This document shows, piece by piece, positions 29,226-38,587 of a stretch of 64,000 bases of DNA. How positions within the stretch are numbered: position 1 is the first letter of the stretch; every line of letters starts with the position of its first letter. A program made the translations under genes and the position numbers. The notes under the pieces are model-generated. The model ran no database searches, was not told the origin of the DNA, and saw only the letters and a program-made list of their open reading frames with translations. This stretch comes from a virus. Location of the stretch: IMG/VR virus record IMGVR_UViG_3300035670_000149, positions 8,628 through 72,627 of that record, one strand, 5' to 3'.

Positions 29226-29297
29226 AGCCCCCGACTGGATTTGAACCAGCGACCAATGGTTTACAAAACCATTGCTCTACCACTGAGCTACAAGGGC
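29226..29297 (-). tRNA. tRNA-Thr(UGU)
   Basis: GCCCTTGTAGCTCAGTGGTAGAGC; anticodon arm ATGGT-TTTGTAA-ACCAT; T-loop GGTTCAAATCC. Confidence 0.93.
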
Positions 29298-29299
29298 AA

Positions 29300-29373
29300 T
29301 GGGCGTGGTGGGAGTCGAACCCACACTGGATGGATTTTAAGTCCACTTTCTCTGCCGATTGGAATACACGCCC
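29300..29373 (-). tRNA. tRNA-Leu(UAA), short variable arm
   Basis: Anticodon arm GTGGA-CTTAAAA-TCCAT; T-loop GGTTCGACTCC; acceptor stem GGGCGTG/CACGCCC. Confidence 0.9.
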
Positions 29374-29377
29374 TTAG

Positions 29378-29449
29378 TAGGACTGCTGAGACTTGAACTC
29401 AGTTCACACCGTTATAAGCAGTGGGCCTTAACCCATAGGCGACAGTCCC
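29378..29449 (-). tRNA. tRNA-Ile(UAU)
   Basis: Anticodon arm CACTG-CTTATAA-CGGTG; T-arm CTGAG-TTCAAGT-CTCAG; acceptor stem GGGACTG/CAGTCCT. Confidence 0.88.
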
Positions 29450-29457
29450 TTGATGAA

Positions 29458-29682
29458 TTAGCTACCTTCGTCGTGGTCGGTATGTATTCGGACTAATTCA
29501 TCCTCATCATTGTTTGTGAGACCTGATTTGATAACGTCTTTCAAATCTTCAAATTCTGATGCAGGAACAATCATAAACTCTCCATGATCTTTGTCTGTGA
29601 TAATGAAGGATTCTCCGTTTTCAACTCTATCAAAGAGTTCATCAAAATTTTCTTGGAATTGTTCTGTGGTGAATTTTTGCAT
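29458..29682 (-). CDS. Phd/YefM antitoxin-like small protein
   Basis: FTTEQFQENFDELFDRVENGESFIIT...MIVP matches the Phd N-terminal pattern. Confidence 0.55.
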   Translation of the reverse strand: MQKFTTEQFQENFDELFDRVENGESFIITDKDHGEFMIVPASEFEDLKDVIKSGLTNNDEDELVRIHTDHDEGS

Positions 29683-29804
29683 TTCTTGCGATAAAAACGG
29701 AGAACTTCTTCGTAAAGGTTAGGTGAATACCTATTCATAAAAAGTAATAGGGTACTTTTTTACCGGAGTTTTTTATACCCGATTTTTGGAATAAAAAGTG
29801 AATT

Positions 29805-30005
29805 TTAGTTTGAGACAGCGACCAAAGGACTTGCATAAACCAGGGTCTCATCATCAAGGACTGAACGACAGAATTCTAGCACACTCATGAACTCTTCAAT
29901 CCTTTCACAGTCAACAATCTTTTCATTTCCTTGATTGCTGTACAAAATGAATCGGCGGGCAGAAGTGTCAACGACACAGCGAGTCAGATAGTCTTCCTCT
30001 TGCAT
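29805..30005 (-). CDS. Cyanophage hypothetical protein
   Basis: 66 aa (YLTRCVVD...FMSVL), downstream of a sigma70-like promoter. Confidence 0.65.
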   Translation of the reverse strand: MQEEDYLTRCVVDTSARRFILYSNQGNEKIVDCERIEEFMSVLEFCRSVLDDETLVYASPLVAVSN

Positions 30006-30028
30006 GATAGGATCTCGGTTACCTATCT

Positions 30029-30086
30029 AGTTTAGCACGGATCAAGGGCAATGGCAAGAGGAGTGTGCCAGTTTTTCAGGTGTCCC
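30029..30086 (-). promoter_or_regulatory. Sigma70-like promoter TTGCCA-N17-TAAACT with upstream GGACAC-N-ACTGGCAC box
   Basis: Boxes at 30057-30052 and 30034-30029; imperfect palindrome at 30064-30086. Confidence 0.6.
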
Positions 30087-30723
30087 TACCATAATCATAT
30101 CCAGCAATTGAATACTGGCTAGGGTCTCCAGGATAATCCGCAGGAGATTCTCCTTCATATTCGGGAATCAATGGTTCACCATCTTTTCTTGCTCCATGTA
30201 CAAGATAGAAGCAATCAATATTAGATCCACTCTCAGATTTTACTTTAATCTGAGTTCCCCACTTAATTTCCTCAACCAAAAGATTTTGATTGGTTCCGAT
30301 TGGGGTAAGATGCACCGTGATCGTATCTGCATCAACCAAATCTCTCCAATAATCTGGAAGATGAATTATGTTCGTGCCACTAATACGACCCCTGGCATAA
30401 ACACCAGCTTCTGGTCCTTCAAGACAAACGTATCGCAAACGATGCCCATCTTTTGATGGGTGTTGAATATCAAATCCTTTCCAAGACTGAACATTGATAT
30501 TTCCTTGAAATGTAGGGGCAGTCACGGTTCCAGAACAATTGATATCTCCATCAACTTGAAGATCCTCTTCAAATAATCCATTCTTCAAATGACAAGACAC
30601 TTCATTACAGCAATCTGCTTCAAGATTATCTGCACGTCCGAAAGTTTCATCTTGTTCCCATACACTGGCTCCGCATCCAACATCTGGATCGGGATACAGT
30701 CCTTGACATCCTCCATGTGGCAT
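30076..30723 (-). CDS. Baseplate spike-associated protein (gp5-downstream family)
   Basis: KGFDIQHP...LRYVCLEGPEAGVYARG...LPDYW...ITVHLTPIG; paralog of 30734-31435. Confidence 0.6.
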   Translation of the reverse strand: MPHGGCQGLYPDPDVGCGASVWEQDETFGRADNLEADCCNEVSCHLKNGLFEEDLQVDGDINCSGTVTAPTFQGNINVQSWKGFDIQHPSKDGHRLRYVCLEGPEAGVYARGRISGTNIIHLPDYWRDLVDADTITVHLTPIGTNQNLLVEEIKWGTQIKVKSESGSNIDCFYLVHGARKDGEPLIPEYEGESPADYPGDPSQYSIAGYDYGRDT

Positions 30724-30733
30724 AATTTACCTC

Positions 30734-31435
30734 CTATTGTCCAACAAATTTATCAGTTAAAAGATCCTGTGCAGGAAAAACATTGGGTTCACGTGGAGTA
30801 TCTGCTCTCTCTCCGTAAACTGTGTAATAGCAATTGATAGGAAGTGCAGAATGAGAATCAATTACGATCTCTAGTCCCTGAATTCCTTTTACGAATAAAA
30901 CCTGAGGTGCTCCGATTGGAGTCAGGTTTACCGTGATTGAATCTTTATGAATCAACCACTCCCATTCGTCAGGAAGACGAATGATATTATTTCCTCTCAG
31001 TTTTCCACGTACAAATACGTCCTTTGTAGGACCTTCAATACATGTGTAACGAAGTTTATATCCTGGTTTTTTTGCATGATCAATAACAAAGTTGCAGCTG
31101 CCTTTGTTAATTGTAGAAATGAATGCCTTTCTTGCATTTATCTTGTCTGCAACAAGAGTTTTTGTTTTTGTCTCTTGTTCTACCCAAAGATTATCACGAA
31201 TATGCTCATCATCCTTTACTTCTAATGCAAAAGCACCTTGTTGCTCTGCACTTTTGTTGATCATCACAGTTCCCTCCATGAGACCAAACTTATCAGGAGA
31301 TCCTACATGAAGTCCATTTTCAATGTACTGACTGCCTAGAATTTTTTCGTCGTCAGTTTTACCAACACATGATGAGGTTTGACCTCCCACCACACATTGT
31401 TTATGAACCTGTTCGTCATCAAATGTCCAAGCCAT
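30734..31435 (-). CDS. Baseplate spike-associated protein, paralog of 30076-30723
   Basis: FVIDH...LRYTCIEGP...VRG...LPDEW...ITVNLTPIG. Confidence 0.6.
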   Translation of the reverse strand: MAWTFDDEQVHKQCVVGGQTSSCVGKTDDEKILGSQYIENGLHVGSPDKFGLMEGTVMINKSAEQQGAFALEVKDDEHIRDNLWVEQETKTKTLVADKINARKAFISTINKGSCNFVIDHAKKPGYKLRYTCIEGPTKDVFVRGKLRGNNIIRLPDEWEWLIHKDSITVNLTPIGAPQVLFVKGIQGLEIVIDSHSALPINCYYTVYGERADTPREPNVFPAQDLLTDKFVGQ

Positions 31436-31438
31436 TTC

Positions 31439-32011
31439 TTACTCCACAATTTTGTCTTCTTGAGATGTTCCTCTTTTGCCATATCTAGAGGAAGCTGACT
31501 GTCCAGTACACTGAGAACCATACATTCCCAGAGTCCCATTGGATTTTAGTTCCATTTTATTTTCACTATTCAATTCACATTTTTGTTTGCCGTTAACAAT
31601 GACTTCTGGAGAATTCAGTTCAATTTTAGAATTGGATTTGAGTGTGATGACACCATCATCAGAATTACTTCCCAATGCTTCTATCGTGACATTTTTTCCC
31701 TGAATTTCAACATCACCACACTGACAAGTCAAACACAACCTCCCATTTTCAACTTGAATATTGAAAACAATATCAGGTCTGGTTCTATCCTGCCCAGTTT
31801 TTATAATAATTCCGCCAGGAGATTCAAGAGTCGTGGTACTAAACGTGCCATTGCCCATGGGACGATCAATGTCCATGTAAAGACGATGACGTACATCTTG
31901 TTTGTTTCCAAGATATACAGCAGCTCTTACATTATCTGGATCTAATATTCCAAAATTTAGTTGTCCGTAATTATTTTCTGTATAACTTGTAAAATCATTA
32001 TTTTTAGACAT
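31439..32011 (-). CDS. gp5 C-terminal-like beta-helix protein
   Basis: Roughly 8-residue periodic repeats (GDVEIQGKNVTIEA, ITLKSNSKIELNS) directly after gp5. Confidence 0.55.
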   Translation of the reverse strand: MSKNNDFTSYTENNYGQLNFGILDPDNVRAAVYLGNKQDVRHRLYMDIDRPMGNGTFSTTTLESPGGIIIKTGQDRTRPDIVFNIQVENGRLCLTCQCGDVEIQGKNVTIEALGSNSDDGVITLKSNSKIELNSPEVIVNGKQKCELNSENKMELKSNGTLGMYGSQCTGQSASSRYGKRGTSQEDKIVE

Positions 32012-34490
32012 TAATCTTTCCTACGCAATCAACAACACTAATAATTTGATCTTGAGTCACCTGAGTCAACACTTCATCAAGATTATCTCTTCCTCTGTAC
32101 TTGATTCTGAGATATGGTGTAAGTTTAGCACCGGCACCAGTCTGAGTATTTATGACAACTTCAGGAATGTTTGTAAAACCAATTCCTCTTTGATCATCTG
32201 GAATATTAACTCCAAGAATAGAACCATTCAGAGAAAGAATTGGTTCAAGAGTAATTGTATTACCATCACCAGTGATAGTAATTGTATCTCCATTATTATA
32301 TGAAATGCCGGTTTTGTCAACATTTATTTCATCCAATTCCATTACAACAGGATATGCAATTGGACTCAAATCAACATCATCAACAGTTGGAATTGGTGTG
32401 ACAATACTTATTGGACCAGGAACAACAAATCCATTACCATCTGTTAGACCTCTTCCACATTGATACCCACTTGCATCATTTCCCTGCTGATCAACTGTTC
32501 CTTCTGGGAATTCAACACATCCTCCTGATGGTAAGAACACAATAGATCCTGCTGGGACATTCACCCCTCTTTCAGGGTTGATTGTAATTTGTTCTCCATC
32601 CTCAGTTCTGACAATAGTTTGCTCTGGTGTTGCAAACACCTGTCCGCTGGCACCAACAGACCCATCTGGTGCAGGTGGATAACCAATTCCTGGTTCATCA
32701 ATTACAATCTTATCCAGAGTTCCATCTTCATTCAGGATTGCTCTTCCTGATGCACCACCACCTTGACCACAATTACTGATAAAGTTTACGGACGGAACAC
32801 TGTTGTACACAGCGTTTAGAGCATCACTACCTTGCAAGTCAACGCCGATGATATATCCTGCCTGATTGATTACAGCATTAGCAGTTGTTTCTACAATGCC
32901 ACCACCAAAAATTACGGCAAGTGGTGGTTCGCATGTGTTCGCAAAAGGATTACATTCTTGAAGGGCATTCAATGCCTCTCCAGGAATACCAGCAATAGTT
33001 TCTACAGCACCAGTAACTGTACCAACAGCACCTTCTACTGCACCAACAACACCTTGAACAGAACCGATTGCACCTTCAACAGAACCTCTCAAATTGCTAC
33101 CAGCACTAAGAAGAGATCCAATAGGTTCTGGAACAATTGGAGCTCCTCCTAGAGCACTACTTACAAAACCAAAAAAGTCGCTTGGTTTTGTGGACTGATT
33201 TCCAGTCAACATATTAAACTGCGAAATTTCTGCACACTTTGTTTCACTTTTACAGGTGAACAATGATTTAAGAGATGCCAGAAAATCTGCTGCATCCATC
33301 AGAGGAATTTTAACTGCTCCTATTGCACCTAAAAGACTATCTAAGATATTTGTGACCGAACCTAAAACAGAATTGACTGCTTCAAGAGCACTATTCAGCA
33401 TGTTACCAATTACATTATCAATGATACAATCAAGAGCACCAGTAACTTTGCCGATCATATCTTGAAGAAGACCATTCAGGGTGCTTTCCAATCCACCGAT
33501 AATATTTTCAAAAAGACAACCAAGACCTTCTAATGCTTTGTCAAGTTGATCCTTAAATTTACCCATTTTATCAATGGGAAGTTTGATTGATAGTTTTGCT
33601 GCTCTTTCAGAAACTTCTCTTGTCATCACACCACGGACTCTTTCCATGATGTTCTTCACATAGGCAGCAATACCATCTTTTGCTCTTGCAATTTCATTCT
33701 GTATATTACCAATTTTGAAATTGAGTGGATCAAGATAAATTCCCTGTTGCTTTTGAATAAATGCAACCTGCTTTTGCAACCTTCTTATGAGAAGAGCAAT
33801 CCCTTCTTTTTCATTATTATCTGCACATTTTGCTCCTACTGCTGTTTCACTTGTATTACCTCCGTTTGTATGTGCAGCATATGTTCCATGACTTTTAGTC
33901 TGGTTTGGAGACTGTTCAAGAGTCGCGCCAGATTGTGCAGTAGTTGGTTGTACTTGTACTCCAGCACCACCCACACTAGCAGGTGGTGATGCTGGATCTG
34001 GTTTTCCTGGAGCTCCATCTTTTTTGATATTGTGTGGAGACTCAACCAGTCCATTTGAATACCCAGACATTGGAGTATTACCAATGGTCGGAATCTGTTT
34101 ACCAAAATCTAATTGACTAGATTTATCAAGCACTCCCATGACAACGGGTTGTTGTGCGTCTTCACCGTCCAAGAAAAATCCAAATACAAACTCACCGCCA
34201 GAAAAATTAGCACTTTGAGACATTCCACCTTGAGATCCACCAGCAGTGACTGGTTTCATGCAGTATGCCCACGGCAAATCATCATCAGTCAAAGCTTTGG
34301 TATCAGCAGTGTGATACCCAATGATTCTGACCTTTACTCTTTCTTTGAATCCAGGCAGATCTGCTTGAGTCGGAACAGGAAGTTCTGGTACGTTTCTTTT
34401 CCAGGCATTGGAATGAACTACTTGTCCAATCCACCAGTAAAATCCATCACGACCTACAAAATTTTTCTTCAGTAAAGATTCTTCAATCAT
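32004..34490 (-). CDS. gp5: Baseplate hub/central spike protein gp5 (N-terminal OB domain)
   Basis: GRDGFYWWIGQV, RVKVRIIGYH, LPWA and FVFGFFLDGEDAQQPVVMG. Confidence 0.88.
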   Translation of the reverse strand: MIEESLLKKNFVGRDGFYWWIGQVVHSNAWKRNVPELPVPTQADLPGFKERVKVRIIGYHTADTKALTDDDLPWAYCMKPVTAGGSQGGMSQSANFSGGEFVFGFFLDGEDAQQPVVMGVLDKSSQLDFGKQIPTIGNTPMSGYSNGLVESPHNIKKDGAPGKPDPASPPASVGGAGVQVQPTTAQSGATLEQSPNQTKSHGTYAAHTNGGNTSETAVGAKCADNNEKEGIALLIRRLQKQVAFIQKQQGIYLDPLNFKIGNIQNEIARAKDGIAAYVKNIMERVRGVMTREVSERAAKLSIKLPIDKMGKFKDQLDKALEGLGCLFENIIGGLESTLNGLLQDMIGKVTGALDCIIDNVIGNMLNSALEAVNSVLGSVTNILDSLLGAIGAVKIPLMDAADFLASLKSLFTCKSETKCAEISQFNMLTGNQSTKPSDFFGFVSSALGGAPIVPEPIGSLLSAGSNLRGSVEGAIGSVQGVVGAVEGAVGTVTGAVETIAGIPGEALNALQECNPFANTCEPPLAVIFGGGIVETTANAVINQAGYIIGVDLQGSDALNAVYNSVPSVNFISNCGQGGGASGRAILNEDGTLDKIVIDEPGIGYPPAPDGSVGASGQVFATPEQTIVRTEDGEQITINPERGVNVPAGSIVFLPSGGCVEFPEGTVDQQGNDASGYQCGRGLTDGNGFVVPGPISIVTPIPTVDDVDLSPIAYPVVMELDEINVDKTGISYNNGDTITITGDGNTITLEPILSLNGSILGVNIPDDQRGIGFTNIPEVVINTQTGAGAKLTPYLRIKYRGRDNLDEVLTQVTQDQIISVVDCVGKINV

Positions 34491-34702
34491 CAGTCTTCGT
34501 AGATTCTACATTCAGATGCACTTGGATTTTCATCGCAGTACATATCAAATGCGGTTGGAACATAATCTTCATCTGGATGATTTGCTTGATACTTTTCTAA
34601 ATGATCAAGTTCATCGGTTATACGACGACGCATTTGTGGTGATAGATTCGCATCATCCAGCAAATCTTTATAGTCATTTATATATTGTTGAATAGTTGTC
34701 AT
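34490..34702 (-). CDS. cp12: CP12 Calvin-cycle inhibitor (auxiliary metabolic gene)
   Basis: C-terminal MYCDENPSASECRIYED and SPQMRR typical of cyanophage CP12. Confidence 0.92.
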   Translation of the reverse strand: MTTIQQYINDYKDLLDDANLSPQMRRRITDELDHLEKYQANHPDEDYVPTAFDMYCDENPSASECRIYED

Positions 34703-34707
34703 TTGTT

Positions 34708-36009
34708 TTACTTGGCAAATGAATCTCTAACGAGACCTAATCTAGTTAGGCATCTTTCTGGAGTTATATAGTGGCAGAGTGTTGCAATTGTATACTTTTC
34801 ACTTGTTGCTTTATCTTTTTCTGGTGCAGTTCCTAGTCCTTTTCTTGATGGGAAAATACACTCAATAACATCACCAGCTCTCAAAGAAAAGTCTCCTTCA
34901 ACAGTAATAGACGCTTTGATGGTGAACAATTGATTGTATCTCATGATAGATTGAACCATTCTTTCAATCACTTTATCATTTGTTCTTGCTTTATCCGACT
35001 TCCAATACTCAAGTTGAGATGTGGCATCCTTACCAATAGGTAAAGTGCCAACATCAAGAATTGTAGACATTAATCTGGTAGGACTGTCAGTAAATTGTTT
35101 ATTTACAAAATCAAATCCAGAAGGTTTTCCAGAGTGTCCAATGTTTTTTTGCTGAGTAATGTCATATGTTTTTACATCTACTTTGAATGCATAAGGATCA
35201 AAATAGATGGTTCTGTTATGATAAACTCCTAACATCATATCTGTTTGAACATCAATATTTTTATTCACATCATATGATAAAATTTTCTTTTCTCCTTTTG
35301 GAAGAGTTGCGACACTATCAGTAAATCTATAAATTCCTTTTGATTTATTGGTAAGGAGACCATCAACTGACTTAAAACAAAACCCATCTTGAGTTTGATA
35401 GAAAAGAAACCCTGCAGTCTTTCCGTAATCCTTTGCTGGTATTGATTTAGTACCTAACCAAGAACAAGTATAGAATGGTTTTCTATCATTTCCAATGAAA
35501 GCATATGCATTAGAAGTCTCTTCAATATTTTCACTTTTGTAGTGTTTTGTTTTTAGAGTTTCATCCAATACTTTTTTTACAGTCTCGCTTACTTTTCCTT
35601 CATATCTTTTTACTACTCTGGTTTTTTCGTTAGAAAAATATTCTTTGCTTACCAAACCAAATTCAATTGATGAAAGTGTAGCATCGGCATTTGGCACACT
35701 TACAGTATTAACATACAGTTCATGTTTTGAAAAGTCAATAAGATTCCCAAAAGAATCCTTTGCGACCATTCTTACTTCCTCTCCGCCACGAACAGGAAGA
35801 TAGTTTAGAAGACCTTCTGTTTGCCCACTTCTATCTGAACCTGTCCTCGTAGTTGATTCTATAACAGATACTGTGGCTGTAATAAAATTAGAAAGAATAT
35901 TCTCATAATAACTAAACGAAGCGATACCCTCTCTAATGTCAACAGTTTTGCCATTGTCTTTAGATTCCTGTATTTCAAATCGTGTAAAATTTGATTCTCT
36001 TGCTGACAT
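34708..36009 (-). CDS. Baseplate hub/tail protein (gp27-like position)
   Basis: YYENILS, LPVRGGE, GFLFYQTQDGFCFKS and GDFSLRAGD; sits between the tape-measure-like genes and gp5. Confidence 0.6.
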   Translation of the reverse strand: MSARESNFTRFEIQESKDNGKTVDIREGIASFSYYENILSNFITATVSVIESTTRTGSDRSGQTEGLLNYLPVRGGEEVRMVAKDSFGNLIDFSKHELYVNTVSVPNADATLSSIEFGLVSKEYFSNEKTRVVKRYEGKVSETVKKVLDETLKTKHYKSENIEETSNAYAFIGNDRKPFYTCSWLGTKSIPAKDYGKTAGFLFYQTQDGFCFKSVDGLLTNKSKGIYRFTDSVATLPKGEKKILSYDVNKNIDVQTDMMLGVYHNRTIYFDPYAFKVDVKTYDITQQKNIGHSGKPSGFDFVNKQFTDSPTRLMSTILDVGTLPIGKDATSQLEYWKSDKARTNDKVIERMVQSIMRYNQLFTIKASITVEGDFSLRAGDVIECIFPSRKGLGTAPEKDKATSEKYTIATLCHYITPERCLTRLGLVRDSFAK

Positions 36010-38585
36010 TATCCTTGTTTATAGAGGAAGGCACTTATCTGTTGTATGTAGTAGTAATTTAGCACCCAGGAATTAGAGAATCCTTGTCCACCTACACCAG
36101 CACCAGGAACTCCAGGGGAACCTATTCTAGTTGGTGGTGCAGGTAATGGGAGAAGTAAAGGATTAATCTTACCTTTCTCGTCATAAGGAGCTGATTGAGA
36201 AATCGCAGATGTTGATGATGCAGTCGGAGTTGAAGGAGAAGACATTGATATCTGTGCTGGTGGTGGAAGCACTGGTGCTGCTGGAGGCGATGACAAACTT
36301 GATGCGTAAGATGAAGCGCCTGCAGTCGGGGCAGCAGCTACTGGAGCAAATTTCAATCCAGCAATATCTTGTTCGGTTCCAGTAACTTTCGCATAACTTT
36401 GAACAAGTTTTTTGAGTTTTTCTGGGTAGGATGGGTCAGTTGCATATCCTTCTTTTTTCAAATGATCTGCAGCAGCAAATACATTTGGTGCTCGGTTAGC
36501 ACCACGATATCCTTTGTAATCTTTATACCACTTTGCAACGAGATGATTTACTGCATCTTGAGGTGATGCAAAGTTTCTGAATCTAGCAGCAGTATTAACA
36601 GTCATACCACCATAGACTTCTTGAGTTGATGAAACAGTTCCAGATTCATTACCAGTTGCTTTTATACCAAAGAAATTATTCTTAGCAGCTAATCTGCGTC
36701 CCCAACCAGATTCAAGAGCAAATTGTGCGGCAACGAGTGATGGATACTTTGCTCCTGCTTTGACACCCATAGCATAGAATGCTTTCCACTTTTGTTCATT
36801 AGATCCCGTTAATGCCTGTGGTATTGATCCACTAAAGTCTTTGATTGATTCTGGTCTTGCTTCTGTAGAAGATAATGGTTCTCCATCCCTACCTTCACCA
36901 GAAATATTATAACCACTTAGAGAAGTATCAGTTCTTGATGGTTGTGCCCCTTTAGGAAAGAAAGAATTTTTCAATAACTTCAATAATCCAATTGGATTCA
37001 GGAAAAATCCAGGGTTAGGTAATTTAGTTACTCTTCCTCTAGATTCTCCGGTCTTATCTGCCAACATTGGAAATGCGAATCCTAAAGCAGTTTGCAATCC
37101 ACCCCCTTTTGGTATATTGACTCTTGGCCAACCGGCGACCAATCTTTTCAAACCAGCGCCAATCCAATCAGCAATTGCTTTGCCAGTATCAAAAACTTTT
37201 CTCAAACCATTTAATAATTTCTCACCAGCTTTCTTAGGACCACCACCCAGAAGAAGTTCGTAGAATAAATCACCGACAAAGGTTCCTATAAATTCACCAA
37301 GCATAGTTCCCAGTATGGGAATGGGAATAAATGATCCAAGCAATCCCCCTATCGCAGCTCCAGCAGCTTTGAACAGGGTTTGACCCATTGGTTCCCCTGC
37401 CATGATGGAGGCAACTGCTACAAGAATTGGACCAAGGACAGGTATTCTTCCAAACACACCCTTGGCAGTTGCAAGACCTGCCTTACCAAAGAGTTTCAAT
37501 CCCAAACGATTTGCAGACTTACCAATGTTGCCTTTGAGAATAGAACTTCCACCGATTCCACCGCCCAAAGAACCTGTTTGTGGTCTAGCAGTAATTTGTC
37601 CTCTCTTGAGAGCTCTTTGAACAGCAGCATTAGCAGCTCTTGGATTCTTTCCACTATCTAATGCATTTTGATAGATATTTGCTGCAGATATTCCATATCT
37701 TCTTTGAATCAGTTTTGTAGAAGGATTCCTATCAAGATATTTTTGCAGACTCAGACGTTCTTTTGGAGTAAGAGATGCACCAGGTTTAGCACCAGGAACT
37801 GGTTTACCAGGTTTACCAGGTTTACCACGACTATCTGGTGTTGCTGCTTCTTGTAAAGCATACTGTAATAACAATCCAGCAACAAGTATTGATGCATCAA
37901 ATAATTGTGTGAGATTGCCTCCAAGATCAGTTAGTGCTTTGAAAGAATCTTCACCGAATGTTCCAGTTATAAAGTTTTGAAATCCTTGTTCAATCCTATC
38001 AACACCACTGATGATAGATGAAAATAAGTCTATTGTGCCAATAAAAATATTGGCAATAGTATCTAAAGCTCTTTCTAAAAGTTTGATGGTTCCAGTGAAA
38101 GCTTCTGGATTATCAATCGCCCATTGCCCAATGAACCCCATCACAATTAGACCAACTGCATTTAGAATCTCATCAAAGAAAGAAGTAAATGGTCTGGTTA
38201 TTGGAGCAACAGCAGATTTTATACCACCAAAATTTATTTTCTCTAAGAGATTTTCTCTCTTACCTCCTTTCTCCTTTTCTTTTTCTTTTCTTTCAGTATC
38301 ACTATTCTTCTTCGCAAAATTTAATCTGGATCTGAAAATAGATTTCAGTGTTGCAAGTTTTTTGCCAATCAATCTTGCCTTTGGAACAACACCTTTTGGT
38401 CTAGACTTTGTTCCGATATCCTCTGTTGGAGATGGTGGTAGAAGAGATGTTGATGGTTTTGATACTGACTCTTTTTTTACTGTTTCAACTTCAGTCACAA
38501 AAGACTGCATGGCAGGTTTTTCCTGCTTGACAATCTGTCCGCCCTGTTCTCTATTAGATGTTGCCCCAATGAGTGCTTTTATCAT
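36009..38585 (-). CDS. Tape-measure-like tail protein with GH73 (FlgJ-type) glucosaminidase domain
   Basis: Helical Gly/Ala-rich body; AAQFALESGWG, NNFFGIKA and GYATDPSY motifs. Confidence 0.75.
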   Translation of the reverse strand: MIKALIGATSNREQGGQIVKQEKPAMQSFVTEVETVKKESVSKPSTSLLPPSPTEDIGTKSRPKGVVPKARLIGKKLATLKSIFRSRLNFAKKNSDTERKEKEKEKGGKRENLLEKINFGGIKSAVAPITRPFTSFFDEILNAVGLIVMGFIGQWAIDNPEAFTGTIKLLERALDTIANIFIGTIDLFSSIISGVDRIEQGFQNFITGTFGEDSFKALTDLGGNLTQLFDASILVAGLLLQYALQEAATPDSRGKPGKPGKPVPGAKPGASLTPKERLSLQKYLDRNPSTKLIQRRYGISAANIYQNALDSGKNPRAANAAVQRALKRGQITARPQTGSLGGGIGGSSILKGNIGKSANRLGLKLFGKAGLATAKGVFGRIPVLGPILVAVASIMAGEPMGQTLFKAAGAAIGGLLGSFIPIPILGTMLGEFIGTFVGDLFYELLLGGGPKKAGEKLLNGLRKVFDTGKAIADWIGAGLKRLVAGWPRVNIPKGGGLQTALGFAFPMLADKTGESRGRVTKLPNPGFFLNPIGLLKLLKNSFFPKGAQPSRTDTSLSGYNISGEGRDGEPLSSTEARPESIKDFSGSIPQALTGSNEQKWKAFYAMGVKAGAKYPSLVAAQFALESGWGRRLAAKNNFFGIKATGNESGTVSSTQEVYGGMTVNTAARFRNFASPQDAVNHLVAKWYKDYKGYRGANRAPNVFAAADHLKKEGYATDPSYPEKLKKLVQSYAKVTGTEQDIAGLKFAPVAAAPTAGASSYASSLSSPPAAPVLPPPAQISMSSPSTPTASSTSAISQSAPYDEKGKINPLLLPLPAPPTRIGSPGVPGAGVGGQGFSNSWVLNYYYIQQISAFLYKQG

Positions 38586-38587
38586 GA

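Noticed and set aside
29300-29373. Group I intron in tRNA-Leu(UAA), as in many cyanobacteria
   Set aside because: The anticodon loop is intact and uninterrupted.
29571-29738. 55-codon ORF (MNRYSPNLYEEV...) starting right after the repeated leader motif
   Set aside because: It overlaps most of the Phd-like gene out of frame and has no recognisable features. It could be a leader peptide but is unsupported.
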